Positions 39,996-48,170 of a stretch of 64,000 nt of DNA are shown here, one piece after another; within the stretch, counting starts at the first letter, position 1, and each line of letters starts with the position of its first letter. Made by a program: the position numbers and the translations under genes. Origin of the DNA: Vulcanimicrobiota bacterium (GTDB taxonomy: Bacteria > Vulcanimicrobiota > Xenobia > Xenobiales > JADMJV01); the NCBI GenBank assembly GCA_050250895.1, contig JBFWNU010000002.1, positions 920,709-984,708 of the forward strand. The letters run 5' to 3'. The notes beneath the pieces are model-generated. The model saw only the letters and a program-made list of their open reading frames with translations. It did not search any database and was not told the origin of the DNA.

Positions 39996-40030
39996 AATCG
40001 CATTTTACAGTATTACACTTTAACTGTCAA
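39996..40030 (-). promoter_or_regulatory. sigma70-type promoter, leaderless, with inverted repeat between -35 and -10
   Basis: TTGACA (40030-40025), 17 bp, TG-extended TAAAAT (40007-40002), ATG 6 nt later; ACAGT-N11-ACTGT dyad. Confidence 0.75.
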
Positions 40031-40270
40031 TCGCGTCTCGGTTCAATCTTGTCTGACCTCTCGCGACTACCATCAGGTAACGGGGTGATGGCGGCGGCCG
40101 CGAATTGGTCGCCAGCGGCCACGACGGCCACCGCCGCCAGGCGGTCCGACATTTGGGCGGCCAGGCGATAGGCCAGGGCTCCGCCGTTGGAGATGCCCGC
40201 AGCGTAGACTCGCGAGCGGTCGGTGTTGACCTGGGTTTCGACATCGTCAAGCATCGCGTTGCGGGCTCGA
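40027..40270 (-). pseudogene. internal fragment of PHB-depolymerase/LpqC-family esterase
   Basis: DRSRVYAAGISNGGALAYRLAAQMSDRLAAVAVVAA nucleophile elbow, with both termini missing. Confidence 0.78.
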
Positions 40271-40283
40271 CGACTGCCGTCCG

Positions 40284-40808
40284 TTAGACCAGATGACCAC
40301 CGCGGATGAATTCCAGGGTGCGCTGATACTGGGTGTCCAGCAACTGCTGCTGCTTCATGCGCTGATCCTGGCGGATGCGCTCGCGCTCGGCGTCGAGTTC
40401 TTGACGGATGCGGGCGAACTTCTGGTCGAAGGTTTCCTGGGGTGGGGCGCCGGGCGGTGGCTGGCTGGGGGGCGGGGCCTGGGAAGACGAAGGCGAATAG
40501 TTTCCGGGAGTGTAGTTGCCGGGCTCATAGCTACCCGGTTGGTAGCTGCCCGGTTGATAATTGCCCGGCTGATAGTTGGGGGGAGCGAAAGAGTTCATAT
40601 TCTGGCTGTGGCCGGGGGAGGCGTAGGATGAGGTGTTCTGATAGCCATAGGTCGGCACGGCACCAAAGCTGAAGGGTTCTTGCGAGACGTAGCTGTCGAA
40701 GATTGGCGCGGCGGTCATCGCCTGGCCGGGACCGAAAGGCTGGTACTGAGATGGCTGGTATCGAGCATAGGGGTCCGGATAGCCGTAGGTTGGTAACAAT
40801 GTCCTCAT
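40284..40808 (-). CDS. Tyr/Pro/Gln-rich low-complexity protein
   Basis: (N/S)Y(Q/E/T)PG pentapeptide repeats and a C-terminal coiled coil; start uncertain. Confidence 0.65.
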   Translation of the reverse strand: MRTLLPTYGYPDPYARYQPSQYQPFGPGQAMTAAPIFDSYVSQEPFSFGAVPTYGYQNTSSYASPGHSQNMNSFAPPNYQPGNYQPGSYQPGSYEPGNYTPGNYSPSSSQAPPPSQPPPGAPPQETFDQKFARIRQELDAERERIRQDQRMKQQQLLDTQYQRTLEFIRGGHLV

Positions 40809-40919
40809 CCTCCGATGGCACAATACCCCAGGAGCCAGGCCTTAAAAGTTTCTGAAATATTAACTGACCTGCATTCACCGGGGTTTGACAGTGCGACGGG
40901 CCGGTGATAGATTGCCAAG

Positions 40920-42530
40920 ATGTCCGAGACCCAGGAAAAACCGCTTAGTCTCAGCCAGGAAGTGACCCGGCGGCGCACCTTCGCCATCATCTCTCACCCT
41001 GACGCCGGTAAGACCACCCTGACCGAGAAGTTGCTGCTCTACGGCGGAGCGGTGCAGCTGGCTGGTGCCGTCAAAGCGCGGCGCAAACAGACCCACGCCA
41101 TCTCGGACTGGATGGAGATGGAGAAGACCCGCGGTATCTCCATCACCTCGACCGTGCTCTCCTTTGACTACAAGGGTTTTCGCTTGAACCTGCTGGACAC
41201 GCCGGGCCACCAGGATTTCTCCGAGGACACCTACCGCACGCTCTTGGCCGCCGATTGCGCCATCATGATCCTCGACGCCGCGCGCGGCATCCAGCCTCAG
41301 ACCCTCAAGCTGTTCGAGGTCTGCAAGCTGCGCGAGATTCCCATCTTCACGTTCATTAACAAGATGGACCGACCGTCGCTGGACCCCTTCGAACTGCTTC
41401 ACGAGATCGAGCGCGTGCTGGGCCTGCGGCCCGTGCCGATGAATTGGCCCCTGGGCAACGGTCAGCAATTTCGGGGCGTGTACGACCGCAATAGCGGCGA
41501 GGTCCACCTTTTCGAGCGTGAGCAGCACGGGTCGGCCAAGGCTCGGGTTGAAGTCATGGCTCCAGATTCGGATAAGCTGGCCAGTCTGTGCGACTCCGAA
41601 ACGTTTCGCGAATTCAACGACGGACTCGAGTTGCTCGAAGCGGGCGAGCAGTTCGATCAAGAAGCCTTTCGTTCGGGCCTTCTTACGCCCGTCTACTTTG
41701 GCAGCGCCATCAGCAACTTCGGTGTCCAACTGTTTCTCGATCAGTTCCTCACCATGGCCCCCCATCCCGGGCCCCGGAAGACCGATGATCAGCCGGTGGC
41801 GCCCACCAACGAGAAATTCTCGGGCTTCATCTTCAAGATTCAGGCCGACATGAATCCCAAACATCGCGACCGGGTTGCCTTCATGCGCATCTGCTCGGGC
41901 AAATTCGAGCGCGGCATGAAAGCCAACTGCCCCCGCACCGGTCAGGAGGTTCGTCTCTCTTACGCCCAGCAGTTGTTCGCTCAAGAGCGGGTGGTGGTGG
42001 AAGAGGCCTATCCCGGCGACGTGGTCGGCATGATCAACTCGGGCGACCTGATTCTGGGCGACACCATCGTCGAAGGCGGCAATTTCCGCTTCGAGCCTAT
42101 CCCCGTCTTTGCCCCCGAGCACTTTTCCAAGGTGACCATCGTCGACCCCTCGCGTCGCAAGCACTTCAACAAGGCGATGGACCAGCTCTGCCTCGAAGGC
42201 GCCGTGCAGGTCTTCTACATCAAGGATTCCTTCACTCGCGACCCGATTCTGGGCGCGGTGGGAATGCTGCAGTTCGAGGTGGTTCAGGACCGCCTCATCA
42301 ACGACTACAAGGTGGAAATTCGCTACGAGCACCTACCCTACAAGCTGGTGCGCTGGGTGGAAGGGCCCGAGGAGGCCATCGACGGCTTTCAGGGCTCGCG
42401 CCAGTCGGCGGTGGCTCTCGACCTGTGGGAGCGGCCGGTGGTGTTGCTGCCCGGCCAGTGGGACCTCGACTTCGCCCAGGGCAAGAATCCCAAGCTCAAG
42501 TTCAACGACATCAGCCAAATTGGCGTATGA
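40920..42530 (+). CDS. prfC: peptide chain release factor 3
   Basis: RRRTFAIISHPDAGKTTLTEKLLL, SDWMEME, DTPGHQDFSEDTYR, NKMDR and FKIQADM motifs. Confidence 0.97.
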   Translation: MSETQEKPLSLSQEVTRRRTFAIISHPDAGKTTLTEKLLLYGGAVQLAGAVKARRKQTHAISDWMEMEKTRGISITSTVLSFDYKGFRLNLLDTPGHQDFSEDTYRTLLAADCAIMILDAARGIQPQTLKLFEVCKLREIPIFTFINKMDRPSLDPFELLHEIERVLGLRPVPMNWPLGNGQQFRGVYDRNSGEVHLFEREQHGSAKARVEVMAPDSDKLASLCDSETFREFNDGLELLEAGEQFDQEAFRSGLLTPVYFGSAISNFGVQLFLDQFLTMAPHPGPRKTDDQPVAPTNEKFSGFIFKIQADMNPKHRDRVAFMRICSGKFERGMKANCPRTGQEVRLSYAQQLFAQERVVVEEAYPGDVVGMINSGDLILGDTIVEGGNFRFEPIPVFAPEHFSKVTIVDPSRRKHFNKAMDQLCLEGAVQVFYIKDSFTRDPILGAVGMLQFEVVQDRLINDYKVEIRYEHLPYKLVRWVEGPEEAIDGFQGSRQSAVALDLWERPVVLLPGQWDLDFAQGKNPKLKFNDISQIGV

Positions 42531-42579
42531 CCAGGCGGATTTTTCTGATGATGGGTTTGGCCTTGATGCCGGGGCAATT

Positions 42580-42999
42580 TTAGAGCATCTCGTCGGCAAT
42601 AGTGCGGCCGACGTGTCCACCGGCCAGGGCTCCGGTGGCAGCCGCAAAAGCCGGAGCTGCCCAGGACAAGCCCGTCAGGGTGACCCCGAACCCGGCTGCC
42701 GCCCCCACCGCAGCGCCCAGAGGAGCGGCGAATCTGGAGGCTATTCCCAGGCGTTTTCCCAGCCAGAGTCCCACCGTGGCCCCGGCTGCCCCGCCGCTGA
42801 TCATCGGGGTTAGGCTAGAGCCAGTCTGCGAGTAGGCCAGCGCTCCGCCGCCCAGGGCGCTCAGACCGATGAAGGTGTAATAGGGCGGCACGTCGTGGCT
42901 GCTCGATTCGAGCAGCTCACGAGGATTCCAACCGGGCGCGCGGGGTGGCCGCGCGGCCGGGCGTGGCTGGGTCAACCTGGGGGAGCAGCCGACTCGCAT
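42580..42999 (-). CDS. small glycine-zipper membrane protein
   Basis: Pro/Arg-rich leader followed by Gly/Ala-rich hydrophobic helices. Confidence 0.55.
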   Translation of the reverse strand: MRVGCSPRLTQPRPAARPPRAPGWNPRELLESSSHDVPPYYTFIGLSALGGGALAYSQTGSSLTPMISGGAAGATVGLWLGKRLGIASRFAAPLGAAVGAAAGFGVTLTGLSWAAPAFAAATGALAGGHVGRTIADEML

Positions 43000-43111
43000 G
43001 AATTTGATGGTAGGGGAAGGGTCCTACTGTCGGGTTAGCAATTTGTTACAGGAGGGGTACGACCGCCGTCGCGGGAAAGTTGCTGGCGGGGCGGCCCGAG
43101 AGGAGAACGAT

Positions 43112-43933
43112 TTGCAAGAGACCACTGTCATCGATGGGGTGACCCTTCACCTGACGCATCCCGACGAGCTCAAGATGAGCTGGGTGGGGCAAGATGAGCT
43201 ACTGGTGCAGTTGCTGGCGTCGTGGTCCGTGATCGACCCCGAGGATGTGCCCTTGAACCCGCGTTTGCTGGGCAAGCCCGGCGTGGGGAAGACCACGCTG
43301 GCCTATGCCGCGGCCAAACGCATGGGTCGCGAGGTCTATCTGATGCAGGCCACCATGGACACCCGACCCGAGGACTTGATCGTGGCCCCGGTGGTCAGTG
43401 GCGAGCGCGAGATTCGTTACGTGGCCAGCCCCCTGGTGAGTGCCATGGTGCGGGGCGGAGTGGTCATCCTCGACGAGGGCAACCGCATGAGCGAAAAGGC
43501 ATGGGCCTCGCTGGCCCCCCTGCTGGATGCCCGTCGCTACGTCGAGTCGGTCATCGCTGGCATCAAGATTGCAGCCCACGAGGACTTCCGCTTCGTGGCT
43601 ACCATGAACGACGACTCCAGCACCTTCGAGTTGCCCGAGTACATCCACTCGCGCCTGCAGCCGCAGATCCTGGTCGACTTTCCCGACAAGGAAGAAGAGT
43701 TGCTGATTTTGCGCGAGAATCTGCCTTTTCTGGAACAGCAAGTGCTGGACTACGTTGCCGAGTTTCTGCAACGGGCTCATCGGGCGGCCGAACGCTATTC
43801 GGTGCGCGACGGTATCAACATCGCCCGCTATGCCGCCAAGGTGGCCCATACCCGTGGCACCAGCGTCAAAGACTCGCTGCGGGCCTCTATTCTCTCCGTG
43901 CTCGGAGAGGAAGCGATGCGCTATGCGCCGTGA
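43112..43933 (+). CDS. MoxR/dynein-related AAA+ ATPase
   Basis: AGGAG RBS before TTG; GKPGVGKT, ILDEGNR and FRFVATMN motifs. Confidence 0.88.
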   Translation: MQETTVIDGVTLHLTHPDELKMSWVGQDELLVQLLASWSVIDPEDVPLNPRLLGKPGVGKTTLAYAAAKRMGREVYLMQATMDTRPEDLIVAPVVSGEREIRYVASPLVSAMVRGGVVILDEGNRMSEKAWASLAPLLDARRYVESVIAGIKIAAHEDFRFVATMNDDSSTFELPEYIHSRLQPQILVDFPDKEEELLILRENLPFLEQQVLDYVAEFLQRAHRAAERYSVRDGINIARYAAKVAHTRGTSVKDSLRASILSVLGEEAMRYAP

Positions 43934-46157
43934 GGCCTTCTGGATCGAGCGCGACAATCTGCGCATCGTCCCGATTTTGCACGAGAAGGTCGAGTTCACC
44001 AGGTACGTGCGTCTGGCCATTCGCGAGACCGACCCTGATTTCGTAGCCGTCGAGCTACCGCCGGGCATCGGCCAAGCCTATGAGAACGCGGTGGCCCGCT
44101 TTCCCCATCTCACCTACCTGGCCAACCGCGCCCCCGAGCCGAGCCGGCCCGAGGCTCCACCCCAGGACCCCTTCCTCTTTTATCGGGTCGAACCCACCGA
44201 CCCCTTCGCCGAGGCGATTCGCACGGCCAAAGACCTCGCGCGGGCCGTCCACTATGTGGACATCCACCGGAACTACCCCGGCGTGCCCGAGGCTCTGCCC
44301 GACCCGTATTCGGTCTATCACCTGGGCCTCAAGGCCTATTGGCAGGAGTATCAAAAGACCCGCCCCAGTTTTCAGGCCCATCTCGCGAAGTTCATGCCCC
44401 AGGCCGTCGAGCTCGACCAGATGCGTGAGCGGCACATGGCCTACCAGGTGCAGCAGCTTTGCACCCGCGGCCGGGTGGTGCTGGTGGTGGGCATGGCCCA
44501 CGTCGACGGTATCTTAAAGGCCCTCGAGGAGGGCACTGCCGAGCCGGGCGAGGGCTTGCCCGAGCCCAAGATGAAACTGTTCGAGCCCGATGTCGAGACC
44601 ATCCGCTCGCTCTCGGGAGAGTTCCCTCTCATCATGACTTTGCACGAGTTCGTGCGAGGGGGCCCGGGCGAAGACGAGTTCTGGTTGGACCCCCTGCCCG
44701 AACCCGACGACGGGGTGATCGAAGAAGGCCAGCGCGATCCGTTTGAACGGTTCACGGGCAAGGATGCGGTGTCGGCCCTCGAGTCCCTGTTGGGTCTGAG
44801 CAGCGACGGTCCCGAGGAACTCGAACTGACCCCCGAACAGGTCAAGGCCATCTCTCGCTACCTGATGGGGATTCCCGACCCCCACCTGAGCATCGAGAGC
44901 CTGCTCGGCGGGGCCAACGCCCCCGAACTCGAGGGTGCGCCTCAGATAGCGCGAGACATTCCCGTCTTCAAGTTCAAGAGCTGCCACGAGCGACGCAGCG
45001 AGCTGCGCGGAATCTACGAGCATCTCAACGGCGAATGTCGCGGCGAAGACGGTTTTCTGGATCGCCAGAAGGTCTATCACAACCTTTGTCTGCTAGCCGG
45101 CGAGTTCTATGAAGAGAATACCGGTGACGTCTTCAAACGTTGGCAGCATCGGGTGCTCACCCAGTTTGCGCGCAACTATGCCCGCCTCGAGGGGCGACTG
45201 CTGCCTGATCTCTACCAACTGGTGATGTGCGCCCGGGGCTCGGTGGACCACAACTATGCTTATGAGCTGTGGGATCTGGCCACCTTCTATCCCTGGGCCG
45301 TCAGCAATCACGGGTTGCCCAAAATCCACATCGATAGTCACACTGAAGGGTTCGAGTTTCGCCGCTGGTCCTTCGAACGGCGCCAGCCTCGCCTGCGCGA
45401 GATGGGGATGAAAGGCCGGGCCGAAGAGAAGCGTCCCGGGGAGTGGAAAGACGCCTTTCGCAGCGGCAGCATTTGTTCTTATCCGCCTGAGGACGTGGTC
45501 ATCGAAGACTATGGGCGCTATCTGCAGAAGAAGAGCGTGCTGGTGATGTCGGAAGAGCGGACCCGGGTCGAGCCGTTCTCGACCAGCTTGCTCGACGGCA
45601 TCGATATGCGGACCACCCTGCGCCATTGGGCCGACGACCAGAAGATCTATGTCAAAGAGACCCAGAAGGCCAAGGGCGGCACCGGGTCGGTGGTCATCAT
45701 CTTCGATGAGGACCACGGCGACCGAAAGTTTCCCTGGAAGATGACCTGGCATGGTGAACATGCGCAAGAATCGGACATGGCCTTCTACGCCAGCAGCCGC
45801 TTTTCGAAGATCATCGGGCCCGGCATCGCCCGTTGTGAGTACGGAGGGCTGATGCTGACCTATCCGCCTCGGCGTCTCATGGACGTATGGACCGACGCCT
45901 ACTACCGGCCGATGGCCAAGAACAAAGCCGAGATTCTGCTGCTAGCCGCCATCGATTACTGCCTCGAGACGCATGTCGTCTATGTGGCCGAAAAGCCGCC
46001 GCGCTCGGTCTTTCGCACCATCGCCAGTCGGCTGGGCAAGAAGATCGTGTATCTGCCCATCGGACAGCTTTCGCCGGTCAGCCTAAAGCGGATTCGAGTC
46101 TTTCACGTGCTTAGCGGGCACCATCTGCGCCAGATCGCCAAAGATTATATTTGGTAG
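43923..46157 (+). CDS. conserved hypothetical protein with TraB/GumN-like N-terminal domain
   Basis: PILH, PDFVAVELP, RERHMA and VVGMAH pattern; overlaps the AAA gene. Confidence 0.7.
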   Translation: MRREAFWIERDNLRIVPILHEKVEFTRYVRLAIRETDPDFVAVELPPGIGQAYENAVARFPHLTYLANRAPEPSRPEAPPQDPFLFYRVEPTDPFAEAIRTAKDLARAVHYVDIHRNYPGVPEALPDPYSVYHLGLKAYWQEYQKTRPSFQAHLAKFMPQAVELDQMRERHMAYQVQQLCTRGRVVLVVGMAHVDGILKALEEGTAEPGEGLPEPKMKLFEPDVETIRSLSGEFPLIMTLHEFVRGGPGEDEFWLDPLPEPDDGVIEEGQRDPFERFTGKDAVSALESLLGLSSDGPEELELTPEQVKAISRYLMGIPDPHLSIESLLGGANAPELEGAPQIARDIPVFKFKSCHERRSELRGIYEHLNGECRGEDGFLDRQKVYHNLCLLAGEFYEENTGDVFKRWQHRVLTQFARNYARLEGRLLPDLYQLVMCARGSVDHNYAYELWDLATFYPWAVSNHGLPKIHIDSHTEGFEFRRWSFERRQPRLREMGMKGRAEEKRPGEWKDAFRSGSICSYPPEDVVIEDYGRYLQKKSVLVMSEERTRVEPFSTSLLDGIDMRTTLRHWADDQKIYVKETQKAKGGTGSVVIIFDEDHGDRKFPWKMTWHGEHAQESDMAFYASSRFSKIIGPGIARCEYGGLMLTYPPRRLMDVWTDAYYRPMAKNKAEILLLAAIDYCLETHVVYVAEKPPRSVFRTIASRLGKKIVYLPIGQLSPVSLKRIRVFHVLSGHHLRQIAKDYIW

Positions 46158-47598
46158 CCAGTTTGTTCACCAGGGCCGAGAACCAGCCGTCTTCGCGCTC
46201 GTTCTGACCGGTCTTGATGGCCGAGAGCACCTCTTTGGGATCGTCGGTGATGATGACTCGTTTGAGGTCTTCAGGCGAGATACAGGGGTTTTCGCCCAGC
46301 ATCTGCTTGCCAATGGTGTCAAACAGCGGTTGCCAGTATTCTTTGCCCACCAGCACCACCGGCATGCTCGGCATGTTGCCGGTTTGAATCTGGGTTAGCA
46401 CCGAGAACAGTTCGTCCAGGGTTCCCAGGCCGCCGGGCAAGGCCACCAGGGCTCGCGACTTGAGCGAGATGATCTGGCCGAAGGTGGCCGAGTCTTCCAC
46501 TTGCTGAAGCACATCGAGCCCGTCGACCTGTTGCTGGTTCGAAAAGCTGAGAAACCCCTGGGCGTTGGCCGCCGGGTCGGCCTCTCGCACACCGGCCGAG
46601 ACGGCCCGAGCGACTGCGTCGGTGCCTCCCACCCGGACGGGCAGGCCGGCTTTGGCCAGCCCTTTGGCCACCTGTTGACCGGCGGCCAGGGTCCAGTCGT
46701 CGGCGGCCAGACGGCTGCCCCCGATGAAGGTTACGGCCGGTTCTAGTTTGTCGAGGGTCTGCAGCGCCCGCGTCAACTCCTCCACCAGACGCGCCTCCAT
46801 GACTTCGGGGTCTTCCTCGAACCCGCGCACGTTCTTGGCCTTGAGAATCTCTTCGACCACTTCGTCCGAGGTGTCGGCCAGCTGCACCAGTCCGAACTCG
46901 CGCGGACTGATCAACTTGCGGTCTTTGCAGGCCACCTGATGGAGAGTCTGAAAAATCGGCTTGAAAAAGTCGCGCTGGACCGCCACCATCGGGTCGTTGT
47001 GACGGCCTCGGGCGCCTCGGGCCCACACCTCGAAAAGCTCGTCGAGGGTGCCATAGCCACCGGGCACGGCCACCATCCCACGCACGTTCTCATAGAGCCC
47101 GACCTTGCGATAGGGCAGAAACTCGGTGCGCGTGCCCACCTCGATATAGGGGTTGAGCTCGGGCTCGTGCGGCAGCGTCATGTTGATGCCCTGGGTGCGG
47201 GCGTCGTCGGGATTCGCCGCAGGCGAGACCCCATGGGTCAGCTTGGGGGCGGGCGTCTTGGGCAGTTGGGCGGCCTCGAGCTGACCGCGCACCACCGATT
47301 CCATGGCGCCGGGACCCGCGCCTGATTTGACGGGCACCCCGTGCACACCAAACTTGCGACCGATCTCTCTGGCCAGCTCGTAAATTGGACTGCCTTCTTT
47401 GTGGCGGGCGCCGCCGAACAGCACGACCGAGGGCGGCACCGTCTTCAACATCGTGAAGACCCGGTGGATGTCGGTCACCAGTCCGTCTCGCAGCGCTCCC
47501 GGGCTGCAGAAGTCTACGATGGTGGACGGATCAGGCAGGCCCCTCGAGGCTCGATTTTCCAGCTGACCCCTGGCTCGAAAAAGAGAACGGATATGCAC
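46111..47598 (-). CDS. tandem double LOG-family protein
   Basis: Two LOG domains with PGGYGTLDELF and PGGLGTLDELF; GPGAME only in the first. Confidence 0.85.
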   Translation of the reverse strand: MHIRSLFRARGQLENRASRGLPDPSTIVDFCSPGALRDGLVTDIHRVFTMLKTVPPSVVLFGGARHKEGSPIYELAREIGRKFGVHGVPVKSGAGPGAMESVVRGQLEAAQLPKTPAPKLTHGVSPAANPDDARTQGINMTLPHEPELNPYIEVGTRTEFLPYRKVGLYENVRGMVAVPGGYGTLDELFEVWARGARGRHNDPMVAVQRDFFKPIFQTLHQVACKDRKLISPREFGLVQLADTSDEVVEEILKAKNVRGFEEDPEVMEARLVEELTRALQTLDKLEPAVTFIGGSRLAADDWTLAAGQQVAKGLAKAGLPVRVGGTDAVARAVSAGVREADPAANAQGFLSFSNQQQVDGLDVLQQVEDSATFGQIISLKSRALVALPGGLGTLDELFSVLTQIQTGNMPSMPVVLVGKEYWQPLFDTIGKQMLGENPCISPEDLKRVIITDDPKEVLSAIKTGQNEREDGWFSALVNKLATKYNLWRSGADGAR

Positions 47599-47634
47599 AC
47601 CGTCAGTCTACGAGGCCGGCCTCAAAAAAATCGC

Positions 47635-47665
47635 AAAAACGGGACCCCCCGCCTGGGGAGCCCCG
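47635..47665 (-). terminator. intrinsic terminator
   Basis: Minus strand CGGGGCTCCCC/GGGGGGTCCCG stem followed by TTTTT. Confidence 0.7.
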
Positions 47666-47707
47666 CAAGTCGACTCTTCTACCGTCTACCGTCTGAAGAC
47701 TACCGTC

Positions 47708-48121
47708 TCAATCCACGGACAGTTTGCGGACGTAGGCTTCGAGTCGAGCGCGCCCTTCCGGAGACGGCTTGAGCGCCAGTCTCCCCAGGTAGCTCCCGTC
47801 GTCTCGAAGCACCCAGGCTACCTCGACGTCCATGCGAAGCAGGTAACCGTCGCTAAGCAGGACCTGGGCCTCCAGGGCCTCGCCGCGTTGGATCTCCCTT
47901 CGAGTGCGGACCAGGGCGGCCTCGGGGCTCATCTGGTTGGTCATGACTCGAAAGTTCTCCTGGGTGGCTGGCCGCCTCACTACCAGCATCAGGATTCGAT
48001 TGAGGGTCGTGAGTTCTTCAGGTTCCGGCGGGCTGGGCGGAGCCTGGTGCCTCGGTTTTCGACCCAGAAATCGGGCCAGGGGATTCAGGGCGTTGGCTAG
48101 CGCGGTGGCTACGTTGGGCAT
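47708..48121 (-). CDS. degenerate PilZ-like domain protein
   Basis: VEVAWV...YLGRL...ARLEAYV resembles the PilZ C-terminal half; RxxxR and DxSxxG are not intact. Confidence 0.55.
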   Translation of the reverse strand: MPNVATALANALNPLARFLGRKPRHQAPPSPPEPEELTTLNRILMLVVRRPATQENFRVMTNQMSPEAALVRTRREIQRGEALEAQVLLSDGYLLRMDVEVAWVLRDDGSYLGRLALKPSPEGRARLEAYVRKLSVD

Positions 48122-48170
48122 GTCTTTCTTCCTTTTCTTCTCTTTGTGTATATACAGCGTGGCTTAGAAG

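Noticed and set aside
40875-42332. 485-aa minus-strand ORF
   Set aside because: Antisense shadow of prfC, typical of high-GC DNA; the same applies to 49407..50840, 17930..19123 and 62645..63961.
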